64,000 nt of DNA from Myxococcales bacterium (GTDB lineage Bacteria; Myxococcota_A; UBA9160; SMWR01): positions 3,664-67,663 of the forward strand of contig JAOTUO010000001.1 of NCBI GenBank assembly GCA_029863845.1, given 5' to 3'. Of this stretch, positions 1 through 8,986 are shown one piece after another. Under the pieces are notes generated by a model. The model was given only the letters and a program-made list of their open reading frames with translations, was not told where the DNA came from and searched no databases. Within the stretch, counting starts at the first letter, position 1, and every line of letters starts with the position of its first letter. The position numbers and the translations under genes are program-made.

Positions 1-708
1 CCGGGCATACGGGTGAATGGCGTCGAGCGGGAAGTGGCGGTAGACGATGCGCACGTCGTTCGGGTAGCGCTCCCGCAGCTCCCTCAGGACCGACAGGGCG
101 CGCTGGCAGTACGGGCACTGGAAGTCGCTGAACTCGACGATCGTGACGGCGGCGGCGGCGGGGCCCATGGACGGGCCGTCGCTCGCGACCGCGACGCGCG
201 GAGGCTCGAGGCGCACCGTCACGTCCGCGCGTTCGCGCAGCAGCGTGACCGCCTCGCCGGCGCGGCGTTGCTCCAGGTACTCCCGGATGCGCGGGGCCAG
301 CTCAGCGAGCGGGGTGCCCCCGAAGCGGTCCGCCCGCTCGGCATAGAAGCCCTCGATCTGCTCGTCGGTGACGGCCCCGAGAGCCTCGATCTCCAAGGCC
401 AGCAGCTCCGACGCGTCGATGTTGCGGCGCCGCGCCTCGGCCTCCACGAGCTCCTCATCGATCATCCGCTGCAAGGCCTCCCGCCGCAGCCGATGCAGTT
501 GGGATGGGCTCCTGCCGTCGACTTCGCGCCGATAGAGGTCGTCGCGGATCCAGTCGTCGAGCTCGTCGATCGTGATGGAGCGCTCGTCCACGACGGCGAC
601 GACGTCGGTGGCGTCGGCGGGTGCGGCGTCTTCGATTCGGCCTTCACAGGCGACGAGGAGCAGAGCCGAGCAGAGCCCCGCAGTCAGTTTGCGAGTCGGA
701 CGGATCAT
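1..708 (-). CDS. DsbA/thioredoxin-fold thiol:disulfide oxidoreductase lipoprotein with SurA-N-like N-terminal region (C-terminus lies beyond window start)
   Basis: Own minus-strand translation; the ORF is absent from the track because it is cut by the window edge. ATG at 708-706. N-terminus MIRPTRKLTAGLCSALLLVAC has a lipobox. Later ...AAAAVTIVEFSDFQCPYCQRALSVLRELRERYPNDVRIVYRHFPL, with the CPYC active site encoded at nt 106-117. Plus-strand ORF 13..726 is its shadow. Confidence 0.75.
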   Translation of the reverse strand, partial: MIRPTRKLTAGLCSALLLVACEGRIEDAAPADATDVVAVVDERSITIDELDDWIRDDLYRREVDGRSPSQLHRLRREALQRMIDEELVEAEARRRNIDASELLALEIEALGAVTDEQIEGFYAERADRFGGTPLAELAPRIREYLEQRRAGEAVTLLRERADVTVRLEPPRVAVASDGPSMGPAAAAVTIVEFSDFQCPYCQRALSVLRELRERYPNDVRIVYRHFPLDAIHPYAR

Positions 709-745
709 TCTTCGAGTGTACACTAGACGGAGCGACGGGGGTTCG

Positions 746-1582
746 ATGACGGAGACGGTCGCGAGCGCTTCGACAAACCGGCTCGAAGGAGCGGTGTCCG
801 CGTTCGCGCTGCCCTTCGAGGGCGGCCGCCTTCTGCTGCGCGAGCGCCGGCTGTGGAGCCTGGCGCTCGTTTCGCTGCTGCTGTCGCTGGTGGCCTTCAC
901 CGCGGCCATCGGCTTCGTGATCGCCTACGCGAGCGAGATTCACACCGCGGTGACCGCCTGGATGCCCGTGGTGGAGGCCACTCGCTGGTACACCTGGATC
1001 TGGGTGGGCCCCGCGAAGCTCGGCCTGCTGGCGTTCGGCGCGCTGCTCTTCGTCGCGGTGGCGGGCGTCTGCCTCGTGCTCGCCTACGTCGCGGCCAGTC
1101 TGCTGGCCTCACCGTTCAACGACGCGCTCGCGCTTCGCGTGGAGCAGATCGTTACGGGGGGCGCGATCGACGAGACTGGGTCGGGCGTGCTCGAAACGCT
1201 GCGGGAAGGCGGTCGGGCGTTGCGCGAGGAGTTGCGGCGCTTCGCGTTCTTTCTGGGTGTCGTCGGTCCGCTTACGGCGATCGGTGTCCTCGTTCCCGGC
1301 GCGCAGATCCTGACCGGACCGGCGATCATTGGCTTCACGCTCCTGTTTCTGCCCCTGGACTACGCCAGCTACACGCTCGACCGGCGTCGCGTTTCCTTTG
1401 CCGACAAACGCCGCTGGGTGTGGTCGCGGGCGCCGACGATGCTCGGCTTCGGCTCGGCGGCCTTCCTGACCTGCCTCGTGCCCGGGCTGAACTTCGTGGC
1501 GATGCCGCTGCTGGTCGTGGGAGGGACCCTGCTCGCCCTGCGCTTCGCCCCCGCAAAGGCAAGGCCGCAGGCCGCGCAGTGA
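746..1582 (+). CDS. CysZ/EI24-family integral membrane protein
   Basis: ORF 572..1582 trimmed to ATG 746 (MTETVASAS...). Multi-pass membrane protein with ASPFNDALALRVEQ and LPLDYASYTLDRR motifs typical of the CysZ/EI24 family. Its TGA stop (1580-1582) lies inside the first unit of the 57-bp tandem repeat. Confidence 0.75.
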   Translation: MTETVASASTNRLEGAVSAFALPFEGGRLLLRERRLWSLALVSLLLSLVAFTAAIGFVIAYASEIHTAVTAWMPVVEATRWYTWIWVGPAKLGLLAFGALLFVAVAGVCLVLAYVAASLLASPFNDALALRVEQIVTGGAIDETGSGVLETLREGGRALREELRRFAFFLGVVGPLTAIGVLVPGAQILTGPAIIGFTLLFLPLDYASYTLDRRRVSFADKRRWVWSRAPTMLGFGSAAFLTCLVPGLNFVAMPLLVVGGTLLALRFAPAKARPQAAQ

Positions 1583-1755
1583 GCCAAAGGCGAACGAAGG
1601 CGGGCCCCCGCAAAGGCAAGGCCGCAGGCCGCGCAGCGAGCCAAAGGCGAACGAAGGCGGGCCCCCGCAAAGGCAAGGCCGCAGGCCGCGCAGTGAGCCA
1701 AAGGCGAACGAAGGCGGGCCCCCGCAAAGGCGAGCCGCAGGCCGCGCGGTGAGCC
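1548..1755. repeat. 57-bp tandem repeat, about 3.6 units (array D of the dispersed box-repeat family)
   Basis: CCCCCG recurs at 1548, 1605, 1662 and 1719, giving a 57-bp period. Unit: CCCCCGCAAAGGCAAGGCCGCAGGCCGCGCAG(T/C)GAGCCAAAGGCGAACGAAGGCGGG. The last unit is truncated and diverged. It contains the box GCGCAGYGAGCC-NN-AGGCGARCGRAG shared with the loci at 2.1, 29.0, 32.8 and 59.8 kb. Confidence 0.9.
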
Positions 1756-1865
1756 TTACTTCCGTTCCCATCGGGCGGCCTGCGTGATCGCGGGCTTCGC
1801 TTGACCCCGGGGGTGTGGGCAGGCACCCTCTCCCATGGCCCGCGCGTTGCGGGCGAGGTCAGGCC

Positions 1866-2090
1866 ATGTTCGGTATCGGCACCACCGAGCTCCTCGTCGT
1901 GCTCGGGATCGTCCTGGTCCTGTTCGGTGCCCGCCGACTGCCCGAGCTGGGCTCCGGCGTCGGCAAGGCGATCCGCAACTTCAAGGCCGGTATCTCGGGC
2001 AAGGACGAAATCGACGTGACCCCCAAGCAAGAGGCGGTCACGGACGGCAAGCCGGCGAAGTCTACGGAGCCGGCGCGCAGCGAGCCCTAG
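1866..2090 (+). CDS. tatA: Twin-arginine translocase subunit TatA/E
   Basis: ORF 1815..2090 trimmed to ATG 1866. [42 protein letters not shown] is the canonical TatA TM helix plus amphipathic helix. The C-terminal codons and TAG stop lie inside repeat array E. Confidence 0.9.
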   Translation: MFGIGTTELLVVLGIVLVLFGARRLPELGSGVGKAIRNFKAGISGKDEIDVTPKQEAVTDGKPAKSTEPARSEP

Positions 2091-2157
2091 GCGAGCGGAG
2101 TCGGACGAGCCCAGCCGGCGAAGTCTATGGAGCCCGCGAGCAGCGAGCCCTAGGGAG
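2051..2157. repeat. 63-bp tandem duplication, about 1.7 units (array E of the box-repeat family)
   Basis: GCCGGCGAAGTCTA(C/T)GGAGCC starts at 2051 and again at 2114. Unit 1 carries GCGCAGCGAGCCCTAGGCGAGCGGAGTCGGAC, which aligns with GCGCAGTGAGCCGCAGGCGAACGAAGTCAGAC in the 29.0-kb and 32.8-kb elements. Confidence 0.8.
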
Positions 2158-3400
2158 TCTCCCCGGTCGAGGACGGCGAGGCCTCTGCCAGCCGGAACGC
2201 CACGGCGGCGGGCGGAGGGTCCACGAACAGCGCTTGAACGCGCCGGCGCGCGCCCGGTGCGAGCGGCACCCGGGTCAGCCGCTGGGCGGCCCGCCCGTGG
2301 GCCTCGGTCAGGACCGCGGGATCCTGCTCGCGAAGCGCGCGACCGGCCAGCGCCGGGCCCATCGGTGCCGGCCGGACGTCGAGCTCCTTCCCCCGTTCGT
2401 CGAGGAGCCGCACCTCCAGACGCGCCGCGACTGGCCCGCGACCCGTGCCACGCAGGGTTCCCGAAACGACGTACATCGGACCCGCCAGCGTGTTCTCGAT
2501 CCACCGACCCTCGATCGATTCCGCCTCCATGCCGTCGAACGACTGCGAGAGCAGCGTCGCCGCCGACTCCGCCGCCCGCGGCGAGAGGCTCCCGTAGAGG
2601 GTCGCGCCGATCAGCCCGACCGCGGCGATCCAGCCGCAGCCGCCGGCGATGCGCCGCAACCAGATCGTGGCCTTCGAGTCGGCATCCATGTCGAGGCTCG
2701 CCGCTGCGAGGCGCGCCGCCGTCGCGTCGCCGCCCTCCAGGTCTTCCGGTGTCGTCGAGGCCAGCGGCGAGAAAACCGACCCGATCACCAACGGAGTCGG
2801 CTTCGAGCCGTCCGGTGAAGCGGGATCGTCGTCGGACAAGGCGGTCGCCGACGCCGCTTCCGGCGCCACGGTTTCCCCCATACCAGACAGTGGTGGTGAG
2901 TCGGAGGTCGCACGATCGGCGAGGTCGGGCGTGGGGCCGTAGGCGAGATCGAGTTGGGAGCCGTCGTCGAGTTCGGGTGTGGAGCCCTCAGCCAGGTCGG
3001 GAACGGGATCCCTGGCGAACTCGCGCGTGGGTCCGGCGTCGCGGCCCGACCCCAGCAGATCGTCGATCGCCGCCCGGGCCTCCACACGCCGGCCCCCAGA
3101 AGCCTCGTCGGCGTCGTCGCTCCGTCCGAAGTCGTGATTGAATTGCCAGTCGGGCTCCCCGCCTCCGTCGTTCGCCTCCGAGCCGCCCGGCAGGTCCTTG
3201 GTGACACCCGGGACGGACGAGCCGGCGTCGGAGATCGCTTCCTCGGCGGCCTGCTGGATACGATCGGCCGGCGAGAGCCCGGCAGGCTGGACGAGGAATG
3301 CGTGCTTGCACCGGGAGCAGCGCACGCGGATGCCGCGAGCCGGAACCTTCGCGTCGTTCAGCTGGAACTGCGTCGAGCACTGCTCGCAGGTGACGATCAC
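2150..3400 (-). CDS. MJ0042-type zinc-ribbon protein with C-terminal DUF3426-like domain
   Basis: ORF 2150..3517. The likely start is GTG 3400, preceded by GGGGGGGAG. VIVTCEQCSTQFQLNDAKVPARGIRVRCSRCKHAF is a CxxC...CxxC zinc ribbon. This is followed by a long acidic/Pro-rich linker, one TM helix (WIAAVGLIGATLYG) and a beta-rich C-terminal domain. Confidence 0.7.
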   Translation of the reverse strand: MIVTCEQCSTQFQLNDAKVPARGIRVRCSRCKHAFLVQPAGLSPADRIQQAAEEAISDAGSSVPGVTKDLPGGSEANDGGGEPDWQFNHDFGRSDDADEASGGRRVEARAAIDDLLGSGRDAGPTREFARDPVPDLAEGSTPELDDGSQLDLAYGPTPDLADRATSDSPPLSGMGETVAPEAASATALSDDDPASPDGSKPTPLVIGSVFSPLASTTPEDLEGGDATAARLAAASLDMDADSKATIWLRRIAGGCGWIAAVGLIGATLYGSLSPRAAESAATLLSQSFDGMEAESIEGRWIENTLAGPMYVVSGTLRGTGRGPVAARLEVRLLDERGKELDVRPAPMGPALAGRALREQDPAVLTEAHGRAAQRLTRVPLAPGARRRVQALFVDPPPAAVAFRLAEASPSSTGETP

Positions 3401-3546
3401 GGACTCCCCCCCTACCTCGAGACGCCCGAGCGGGGCCCTGGTGCTAGGGTCCCTCGGAGCTACGCCGCCAACGAACGTTTCGGAGGTGGGGGCGCTTCGC
3501 TTGAGATCGACGCTCACAGCCGGTCGGCGCGCCGCGGGAGGCCCCG

Positions 3547-4530
3547 TTGGCGGCTGAGCCCCTGGGCTCGCTGCTCGAGCGCCGTCTCGTGATCGTCACC
3601 GGCAAGGGGGGCACCGGGAAGACGACCGTCGCCGCCGCCCTGGCGGTCGCGGCGGCCCGCGCCGGACGGCGCGTGCTGGTCGCTGAGACGGGACGCGACG
3701 AGCAGCTGCCGCGCCTGCTCGCGCCCGGCTCTCCGCCGGTGGGCTACGCCGGCCGCGAAATCCTTCCCGGCGTCACGGCGATGCGCATCGACCCCTTCAA
3801 CGCGCTCGGCGAGTATCTGGGTCTTCAACTCGGCGTGCGCTCCGTCGTGGACTTCGTGCTACGCAACCGGGGCTTTCGCCAGCTCATGTCGGCGGCGCCC
3901 GGCTGGCGCGACCTCATCACGCTGGGAAAGATCTGGCACGTCGAGCAGATGACCAACGGCGACGGCGGGCCGCTCTACCACCTCATCATCGTGGACGCTC
4001 CCGCCACCGGGCACGGGGTCACCTTTCTCGACGTTCCCCATGTCGTCGTCTCGGCGGTGCGCACCGGTCCCCTCCGCCGCAACGCAGAGCGCGTCGAGCA
4101 GATGGTCGTCGACACGAAGCGCACGCTGCTCCTGCCGGTGGCGCTGGCCGAGGAGCTTCCGACCCGGGAGACCGCGGAGCTCGTGGAGCGCCTTCGCGCC
4201 GACGTCGGCATCACCATCGATCGGGCCGTGGTCAACGGCGTGTTTCCGGCGCCGTTCCCCGAAGCCCTGTCCGACCTCGACGAGCGGCTCGCGAAGCTGC
4301 CCGACGACGCGCCCCGGGGCGAGCTCCCCCGCCCGAGCACCCTTGCCGCCTGCGCGCGCTACCTGCGCGCGCGCTTCGAGCTCAATCGCAGCTACGTCGC
4401 GGAGATCGGCAGGCTCACGGGCCTGCCGGTCGTGTGCCTGCCCTACCTGACTACCGGGATCCAGGGGCCGGCCGAGATCGCGGTGCTCGCCGACGCGCTG
4501 GTGGAGCCCCCTCGAGCAGTGACGGCGTGA
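3547..4530 (+). CDS. ArsA/Get3-like P-loop ATPase (first of a pair)
   Basis: LVIVTGKGGTGKTTVAAALA is a deviant Walker A. IVDAPATGHGVTFLDVP is a switch motif. TTG start at 3547. Confidence 0.85.
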   Translation: MAAEPLGSLLERRLVIVTGKGGTGKTTVAAALAVAAARAGRRVLVAETGRDEQLPRLLAPGSPPVGYAGREILPGVTAMRIDPFNALGEYLGLQLGVRSVVDFVLRNRGFRQLMSAAPGWRDLITLGKIWHVEQMTNGDGGPLYHLIIVDAPATGHGVTFLDVPHVVVSAVRTGPLRRNAERVEQMVVDTKRTLLLPVALAEELPTRETAELVERLRADVGITIDRAVVNGVFPAPFPEALSDLDERLAKLPDDAPRGELPRPSTLAACARYLRARFELNRSYVAEIGRLTGLPVVCLPYLTTGIQGPAEIAVLADALVEPPRAVTA

Positions 4531-5750
4531 GCGCCGCCGAATTCGCCGATCGGACCCTGATGCATCCCCGCATCGTCGTCTGCGTCGGCTGCGGCGGGGT
4601 GGGCAAGACCACGATCGCCGCGGCGCTCGGGGTGGAAGCGGCGCGCCGCGGTCGCCGCGCGCTGGTGCTCACCATCGACCCGGCCCGCCGCCTCGCCGAC
4701 GCCCTCGGCCTGCGCTCGCTCGGCAACGAGCCCCAGCCGATCCCCCGGCATGTTCTCGCGCGGCTCGGGGTTCCCGGAGACGGTGGCCTGGCCGCGATGA
4801 TGCTCGACATGAAGCGGACCTTCGACGACCTCGTCGCGCGCTTCGCCGAGAGCCCCGAGGTGCGCGATCGCATCCTCAGCAACGCGATCTACCAGCACGC
4901 CTCCGACGCGCTCGCCGGCAGCGTCGAGTACTCCGCGATGGAGAAGGTGTACGAGCTGTACGAGGGGCGGAACTTCGATCTGATCGTCGTCGACACACCG
5001 CCCGCCCAGCACGCCCTGGACTTTCTCGAGGCGCCCCAGCGCCTGCTCGAGTTCCTCGACAGCCGTCTCGTGCAGATGCTCATCCATCCTGCCTTCGCGG
5101 CCGGACGCTTCGGCTTGCGGCTGTTCCAGCGCAGCACCCACCGCATCCTCCAGATCGTCGAGCGCGTCTCGGGCTTCGGATTCCTCGAGGACATCTCCGA
5201 GTTCCTGCTCGCCTTCGAGGGCATGGCCGGGGGCTTCCGCGAGCGCGCACACCGGGTGCGCAGTTTGCTGGTGGGCCCCGAGGCGGCCTTCGTGCGCGTG
5301 GCAGGGACGGGCGCGGAGTCACAGCGGCAGGCGGTCGATTTCCTCGATCGCCTCGAGGCGTTCGACGTGCCGCTCTCGGGCGTACTCATCAACCGCGTCC
5401 GCCGCTGGCCGGAGGGGGGCGCACCGCCCGAGTCGCTCACGGGCGGCGAGCTCCGCGAATCCGACATCGCGGCACTGGCGACGGCGCTCGGCGCGAGCGA
5501 AGCGCCGGACTTCCCGGCCGAGGCCGCCGCCCGGGCGGCGGTGGCCGCCGCGACGGGATACGCTGCCCTCGTGCAACGCGACCTGCGGTCCACGCTCGCG
5601 CTGCGTACGCGGGCGCGGGATCGGGGCCGCTACTGGGGTCAGGTTCCGGAGTTCGCCGGCGACATCCACGACCTGGCTGGCCTGGCGCACATCGCCGACG
5701 CGATCTTTCACGAGGGAGAGCCGTCGCTTGGAGAGCACGCGGGGCCCTAG
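4527..5750 (+). CDS. ArsA/Get3-like P-loop ATPase (second of a pair)
   Basis: IVVCVGCGGVGKTTIAAALG is a Walker A; also LTIDPARRLADALGL and VVDTPPAQHALDFLEAP. ORF 4434..5750 trimmed to GTG 4527, which overlaps the upstream stop as GTGA. ATG 4560 is an alternative start. Confidence 0.85.
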   Translation: MSAAEFADRTLMHPRIVVCVGCGGVGKTTIAAALGVEAARRGRRALVLTIDPARRLADALGLRSLGNEPQPIPRHVLARLGVPGDGGLAAMMLDMKRTFDDLVARFAESPEVRDRILSNAIYQHASDALAGSVEYSAMEKVYELYEGRNFDLIVVDTPPAQHALDFLEAPQRLLEFLDSRLVQMLIHPAFAAGRFGLRLFQRSTHRILQIVERVSGFGFLEDISEFLLAFEGMAGGFRERAHRVRSLLVGPEAAFVRVAGTGAESQRQAVDFLDRLEAFDVPLSGVLINRVRRWPEGGAPPESLTGGELRESDIAALATALGASEAPDFPAEAAARAAVAAATGYAALVQRDLRSTLALRTRARDRGRYWGQVPEFAGDIHDLAGLAHIADAIFHEGEPSLGEHAGP

Positions 5751-6243
5751 GGAGAGCGAGCCGCAAGCGGAGACCGCAGGCGAGGCGCTCGAGCGGGCGC
5801 GCGGCCACGCGCGGGCGGCGGCCGCGGAGGCGTTGGCCAGCCTGCACGCGCTCCTCGACGCCGCGGCGCTGGCCGCCAGCGGCCGGCCTTCGGAGTTCCA
5901 CGAGGTGCTCAGCCCGATCGCAAAGCTGCTGGACGGCCTCGCGGAGCAGCTCGGCCACGAGGGCGCACCGGTCGCCGCCTCCCTCCTGGAGGCGATCACC
6001 GACGCCCTCGACGCGGAGATCGGCCGCTGGGAGGAGCGCGCCCGGGACGACCCGGAAGCCCGCGCCGTGTTGCGGGCGTTCCTGGGCCTTCGCGAGATCC
6101 TGTGGGAGTTCGGCGTGCGGCGACCCGACGGCGCGTCGGGGCCGCAGGACGACGGCGGTCCCTCCACGCCGAAGCCCGGCACCCCCCGTAGTGCCCGGCG
6201 CGGCCGACGACCGAGCGTTCAGCGGGTTCCGATCGAGGGCTGA
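5728..6243 (+). CDS. Hypothetical helical protein with basic C-terminal tail
   Basis: ORF 5728..6243 with a TTG start. G/C-rich third positions match the genome's coding bias. It fills an otherwise unexplained 550-bp gap and overlaps the 3' end of the second ArsA gene. I recognise no domain. Confidence 0.45.
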   Translation: MESTRGPRESEPQAETAGEALERARGHARAAAAEALASLHALLDAAALAASGRPSEFHEVLSPIAKLLDGLAEQLGHEGAPVAASLLEAITDALDAEIGRWEERARDDPEARAVLRAFLGLREILWEFGVRRPDGASGPQDDGGPSTPKPGTPRSARRGRRPSVQRVPIEG

Positions 6244-6300
6244 CCCCCCGTGCGGGGTTCGCTAGCGTCACCGGCGTTCCCTGCCAAGCGAGGCGCCCGC

Positions 6301-6882
6301 ATGCCGGTGCTCGTCAAGCGCTACGCGAACCGCAAGCTCTACAACACCCAGACGAGCCGCTACATCACGCTCAAGGGAATCGCCGAGCTGGTCGAGGCCG
6401 GCGAGGACGTGACGGTCATCGACAACGAGACCGGCGAAGACATCACCTCGGTCGCGCTCTCGCAGATCCTGGTGGACGGCGAGCGCTCGAACCGCCCGAT
6501 GTCGCGCACGCTGCTCTCGGGCCTGATCCAGCGCGGGGGCGACGCGCTCTACGGCGCCCTGCGAAAGGGCGTGGACGACGCGAGCGAGGGCATCGAGGAG
6601 GTCCGCCGCAACGTGCGCCGGCTGGTCCGGGCGCGCGACGAAGACGGCAAGCTCTCCGACTGGATCGCGCTGGCCACCCCCGACGTCGATCATCTGGTGC
6701 AGAACGCGATGGAGCGCGTGTTCAAGCTCCTCGACCTGCCCCGTCGCTCCGACGTCGAGGCGCTCACAGCGAACCTCCAGCGGGTGGCCGACGCCGTGGA
6801 GCGCCTCGAAGCCTCGCGCCGGGAGCCCCCCGAGCGGGAGCGGCAGGCCGCCAAACCCGACTCGCCGAACGAAGGCAGCTAG
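6301..6882 (+). CDS. PhaR-like regulator (PHB/PHA accumulation regulator DNA-binding domain plus phasin-like C-terminus)
   Basis: ORF 6250..6882 trimmed to ATG 6301. MPVLVKRYANRKLYNTQTSRYITLKGIAELVEAGEDV matches the PhaR N-terminal domain. Confidence 0.8.
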   Translation: MPVLVKRYANRKLYNTQTSRYITLKGIAELVEAGEDVTVIDNETGEDITSVALSQILVDGERSNRPMSRTLLSGLIQRGGDALYGALRKGVDDASEGIEEVRRNVRRLVRARDEDGKLSDWIALATPDVDHLVQNAMERVFKLLDLPRRSDVEALTANLQRVADAVERLEASRREPPERERQAAKPDSPNEGS

Positions 6883-6898
6883 CGAGCGCCCGGGACCC

Positions 6899-7909
6899 TC
6901 AGCCCCAGACCGATTCGCGGTCCGCGAGGCCGGTGTCGACCAGGGTCTGGATCTTCGACCGCAGGTCCTCGGTGAGCCGCGAAATCAGCAGCTCGTCGGT
7001 CGCCGCGTCGGGCTGGAGGTGGTCGATCGGAATCGACGGCCCGAAGCGGATCACCCACTTGCTCGGCAGCGGCATGAGCCCCAACGGACCGAAGAGCGGG
7101 AAGGTGGGCGTCACCGGCAAGAAGGGCAGGCCCAGGGCCCGGGCCGGCATGCCCCACTTGAAGAGGACGGGATGGACCTCCTCGGCCCCGACGACGCCGA
7201 CGGGGACGATCGGGACGCGGTTCTCGAGGGCGACGCGAACGACGCCGCCGCGCCCGAAGCGCTTCAGCCGATAGCGCTCGCGGAACACCTTGGCCGCCCC
7301 CTTGATGCCCTCGGGAAACACGACCACGAAGTGCTTCGAAGCGAGCAGTCGCTCGGCGTTCTCGCGGCAGGCGCGCACCCCGCCCAGGCGCGCCAGATAG
7401 GGCTGCACGAAGGGCAGAGTGATCAGCCAGTCCGCCGCGAAGAAGCGCGGAGACACGTGGCGCGGGTGATTGCGATGGATGGCGTGGCAGACCATCAGCC
7501 CGTCGTAGGGCAGCAGGCCCGAGCGGTTCGCGACGAGCAGGCACGGACCTGCGTCGGGGACGTGCTCCAGCCCGTGGACCTCCACGCGCCAGTAGTGTTC
7601 GTACGCCAGGTCGAGCACCGCGCGGGTCCGGCGCAGCACGATCTCGTCCATGCCGAACTCGTCCACCTCACCGGAACGCTCGATCATGCCGATCGTGCTC
7701 AGGCGCCGCCGGAGCTCATTGAACAACGCGGGCCACTCGGCCGGCTGCCGCGGGACGTCCTCTCCCAGCGGCGCGGGGAAGCGCGCGCGGATCTCCCGGC
7801 GCAGGGAATCCAGCGCCTCGCGGAGATCCCCGACGCCAGGGTCGAAATCGGTCGCCGGATCCGTTTCGACGTCGCCGGGCGCGAGATTGGAATCGCGTTC
7901 GTCAACCAT
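6899..7909 (-). CDS. Lysophospholipid/1-acyl-glycerol-3-phosphate acyltransferase family protein (PlsC-like)
   Basis: 336-aa ORF. It carries LLVANRSGLLPYDG in place of the HX4D block, then VVVFPEGIKGAAK (the FPEG block) and VPIVPVGVVGAEE. About 90 aa of N-terminal extension. Confidence 0.75.
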   Translation of the reverse strand: MVDERDSNLAPGDVETDPATDFDPGVGDLREALDSLRREIRARFPAPLGEDVPRQPAEWPALFNELRRRLSTIGMIERSGEVDEFGMDEIVLRRTRAVLDLAYEHYWRVEVHGLEHVPDAGPCLLVANRSGLLPYDGLMVCHAIHRNHPRHVSPRFFAADWLITLPFVQPYLARLGGVRACRENAERLLASKHFVVVFPEGIKGAAKVFRERYRLKRFGRGGVVRVALENRVPIVPVGVVGAEEVHPVLFKWGMPARALGLPFLPVTPTFPLFGPLGLMPLPSKWVIRFGPSIPIDHLQPDAATDELLISRLTEDLRSKIQTLVDTGLADRESVWG

Positions 7910-7953
7910 GTCGAGTCGCGTCGCCTCCCGGCTCCCCGCGCGTCGCGGTGCGG

Positions 7954-8922
7954 CTAGCGGTAGCGCCGCATGCGGCGCGCGGAAACGAAGGAGATCCAGG
8001 CCTCCTTCGTCGTGTAGGCGGGCTCCCCGAAGGCCTCCCAGCCCCGCTCGCCGTCAGCGACCCAGAGGTAGCGCAGGTAGTCGTAGAAACCCGCCGGAGG
8101 ATCGCCCGTCTGGCCCTGGGACGGGTAGTACGCCATGCGGTAGAGGAGCGACGCCGGCAGCGGCAGGATGCGCTTGCCCGCCAGGCGCAGGATCGTCGAC
8201 AGGGGCAGAACCCCGCGCGCCACCACGTTGAAAACGCCCGGGTGCGGGCTCAGCGTGGCGCGTTCGAAGGCGTGCAGGCAGTCCTCCTCGTGAACGAACT
8301 GCATGAGCGGGTCGTAGCCCAGCAGCATCGGGACCACGGGCAGGGAGAAGAAGCGGGTGACATGGTCCCAGTAGGTGGGGCCCATGATCCAGCAGGGCCG
8401 CAGCACCGTGACCTCGCTGTCGGGATGGCGCTGGCGCCAATCGGAGAGGAGCCCTTCCATTTCCACGCGATCCTCGACCGAGTGCGCGTCCGGATGTCCG
8501 CGCAGCGGGTTTGCCTCGGTGAGGAAGTTCGGGTTGTCCGGTCGGGGCCCGTACAGCATCGTGCTCGATGCCACCACCAATCGCTTCACCTTGGCCGCGG
8601 CGCAGGCGTTCATGATGTGCAGGCTGCCGATCGTCTCGAGCTCGTGGTCCATCTCGAGATCCGGCGTCGGCGACGTCCGGAACGCGGTGTGCACCACGGC
8701 TTCCGCGCGCTCGCGCACCAGGATCTCGGCGCAGTGTCCGTCCGCCGTCGGCTCGGTGAAATCGACGCGGTGGAAGCGCACCCGGCTGTCGAGCCGAAAC
8801 GGGCGACGCTGATCGAGCGCCAGAACGCGCAGTTTCGGAGAGCGCTCGAGCAGGCGATCGACCAGCCGACGCCCGATGAAGCTGCCGGGTCCCGTGACGG
8901 CGATGACGCCGGGTGCGCTCAC
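7954..8922 (-). CDS. NAD-dependent epimerase/dehydratase family (extended SDR) protein
   Basis: ORF 7954..9009 trimmed to GTG 8922, preceded by GGGGGA. VIAVTGPGSFIGRRLVDRLL is a Rossmann GxxGxxG motif. The longer ORF version would overlap the divergent HDAC gene. Confidence 0.8.
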   Translation of the reverse strand: MSAPGVIAVTGPGSFIGRRLVDRLLERSPKLRVLALDQRRPFRLDSRVRFHRVDFTEPTADGHCAEILVRERAEAVVHTAFRTSPTPDLEMDHELETIGSLHIMNACAAAKVKRLVVASSTMLYGPRPDNPNFLTEANPLRGHPDAHSVEDRVEMEGLLSDWRQRHPDSEVTVLRPCWIMGPTYWDHVTRFFSLPVVPMLLGYDPLMQFVHEEDCLHAFERATLSPHPGVFNVVARGVLPLSTILRLAGKRILPLPASLLYRMAYYPSQGQTGDPPAGFYDYLRYLWVADGERGWEAFGEPAYTTKEAWISFVSARRMRRYR

Positions 8923-8986
8923 CCGATCCCCCTGAAAGCCGAGATCACCTCGCTGCCCGCATGGCGCTCGGATAGCATCGTGTGAA

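Noticed and set aside
1548-1755. Possible CRISPR array, given the regular repeats.
   Set aside because: The units are directly contiguous with a 57-bp period and no unique spacers. They partly overlap a coding 3' end, and there are no cas genes. This is a plain tandem repeat.
853-1771. Repeat-containing ORFs 853..1752 (+) and 1109..1771 (-), with GRAVSQRRTKAGPRKGKAA-type peptide repeats.
   Set aside because: They are simply translations of the 57-bp tandem repeat in non-coding frames. They overlap the well-supported cysZ-like gene.
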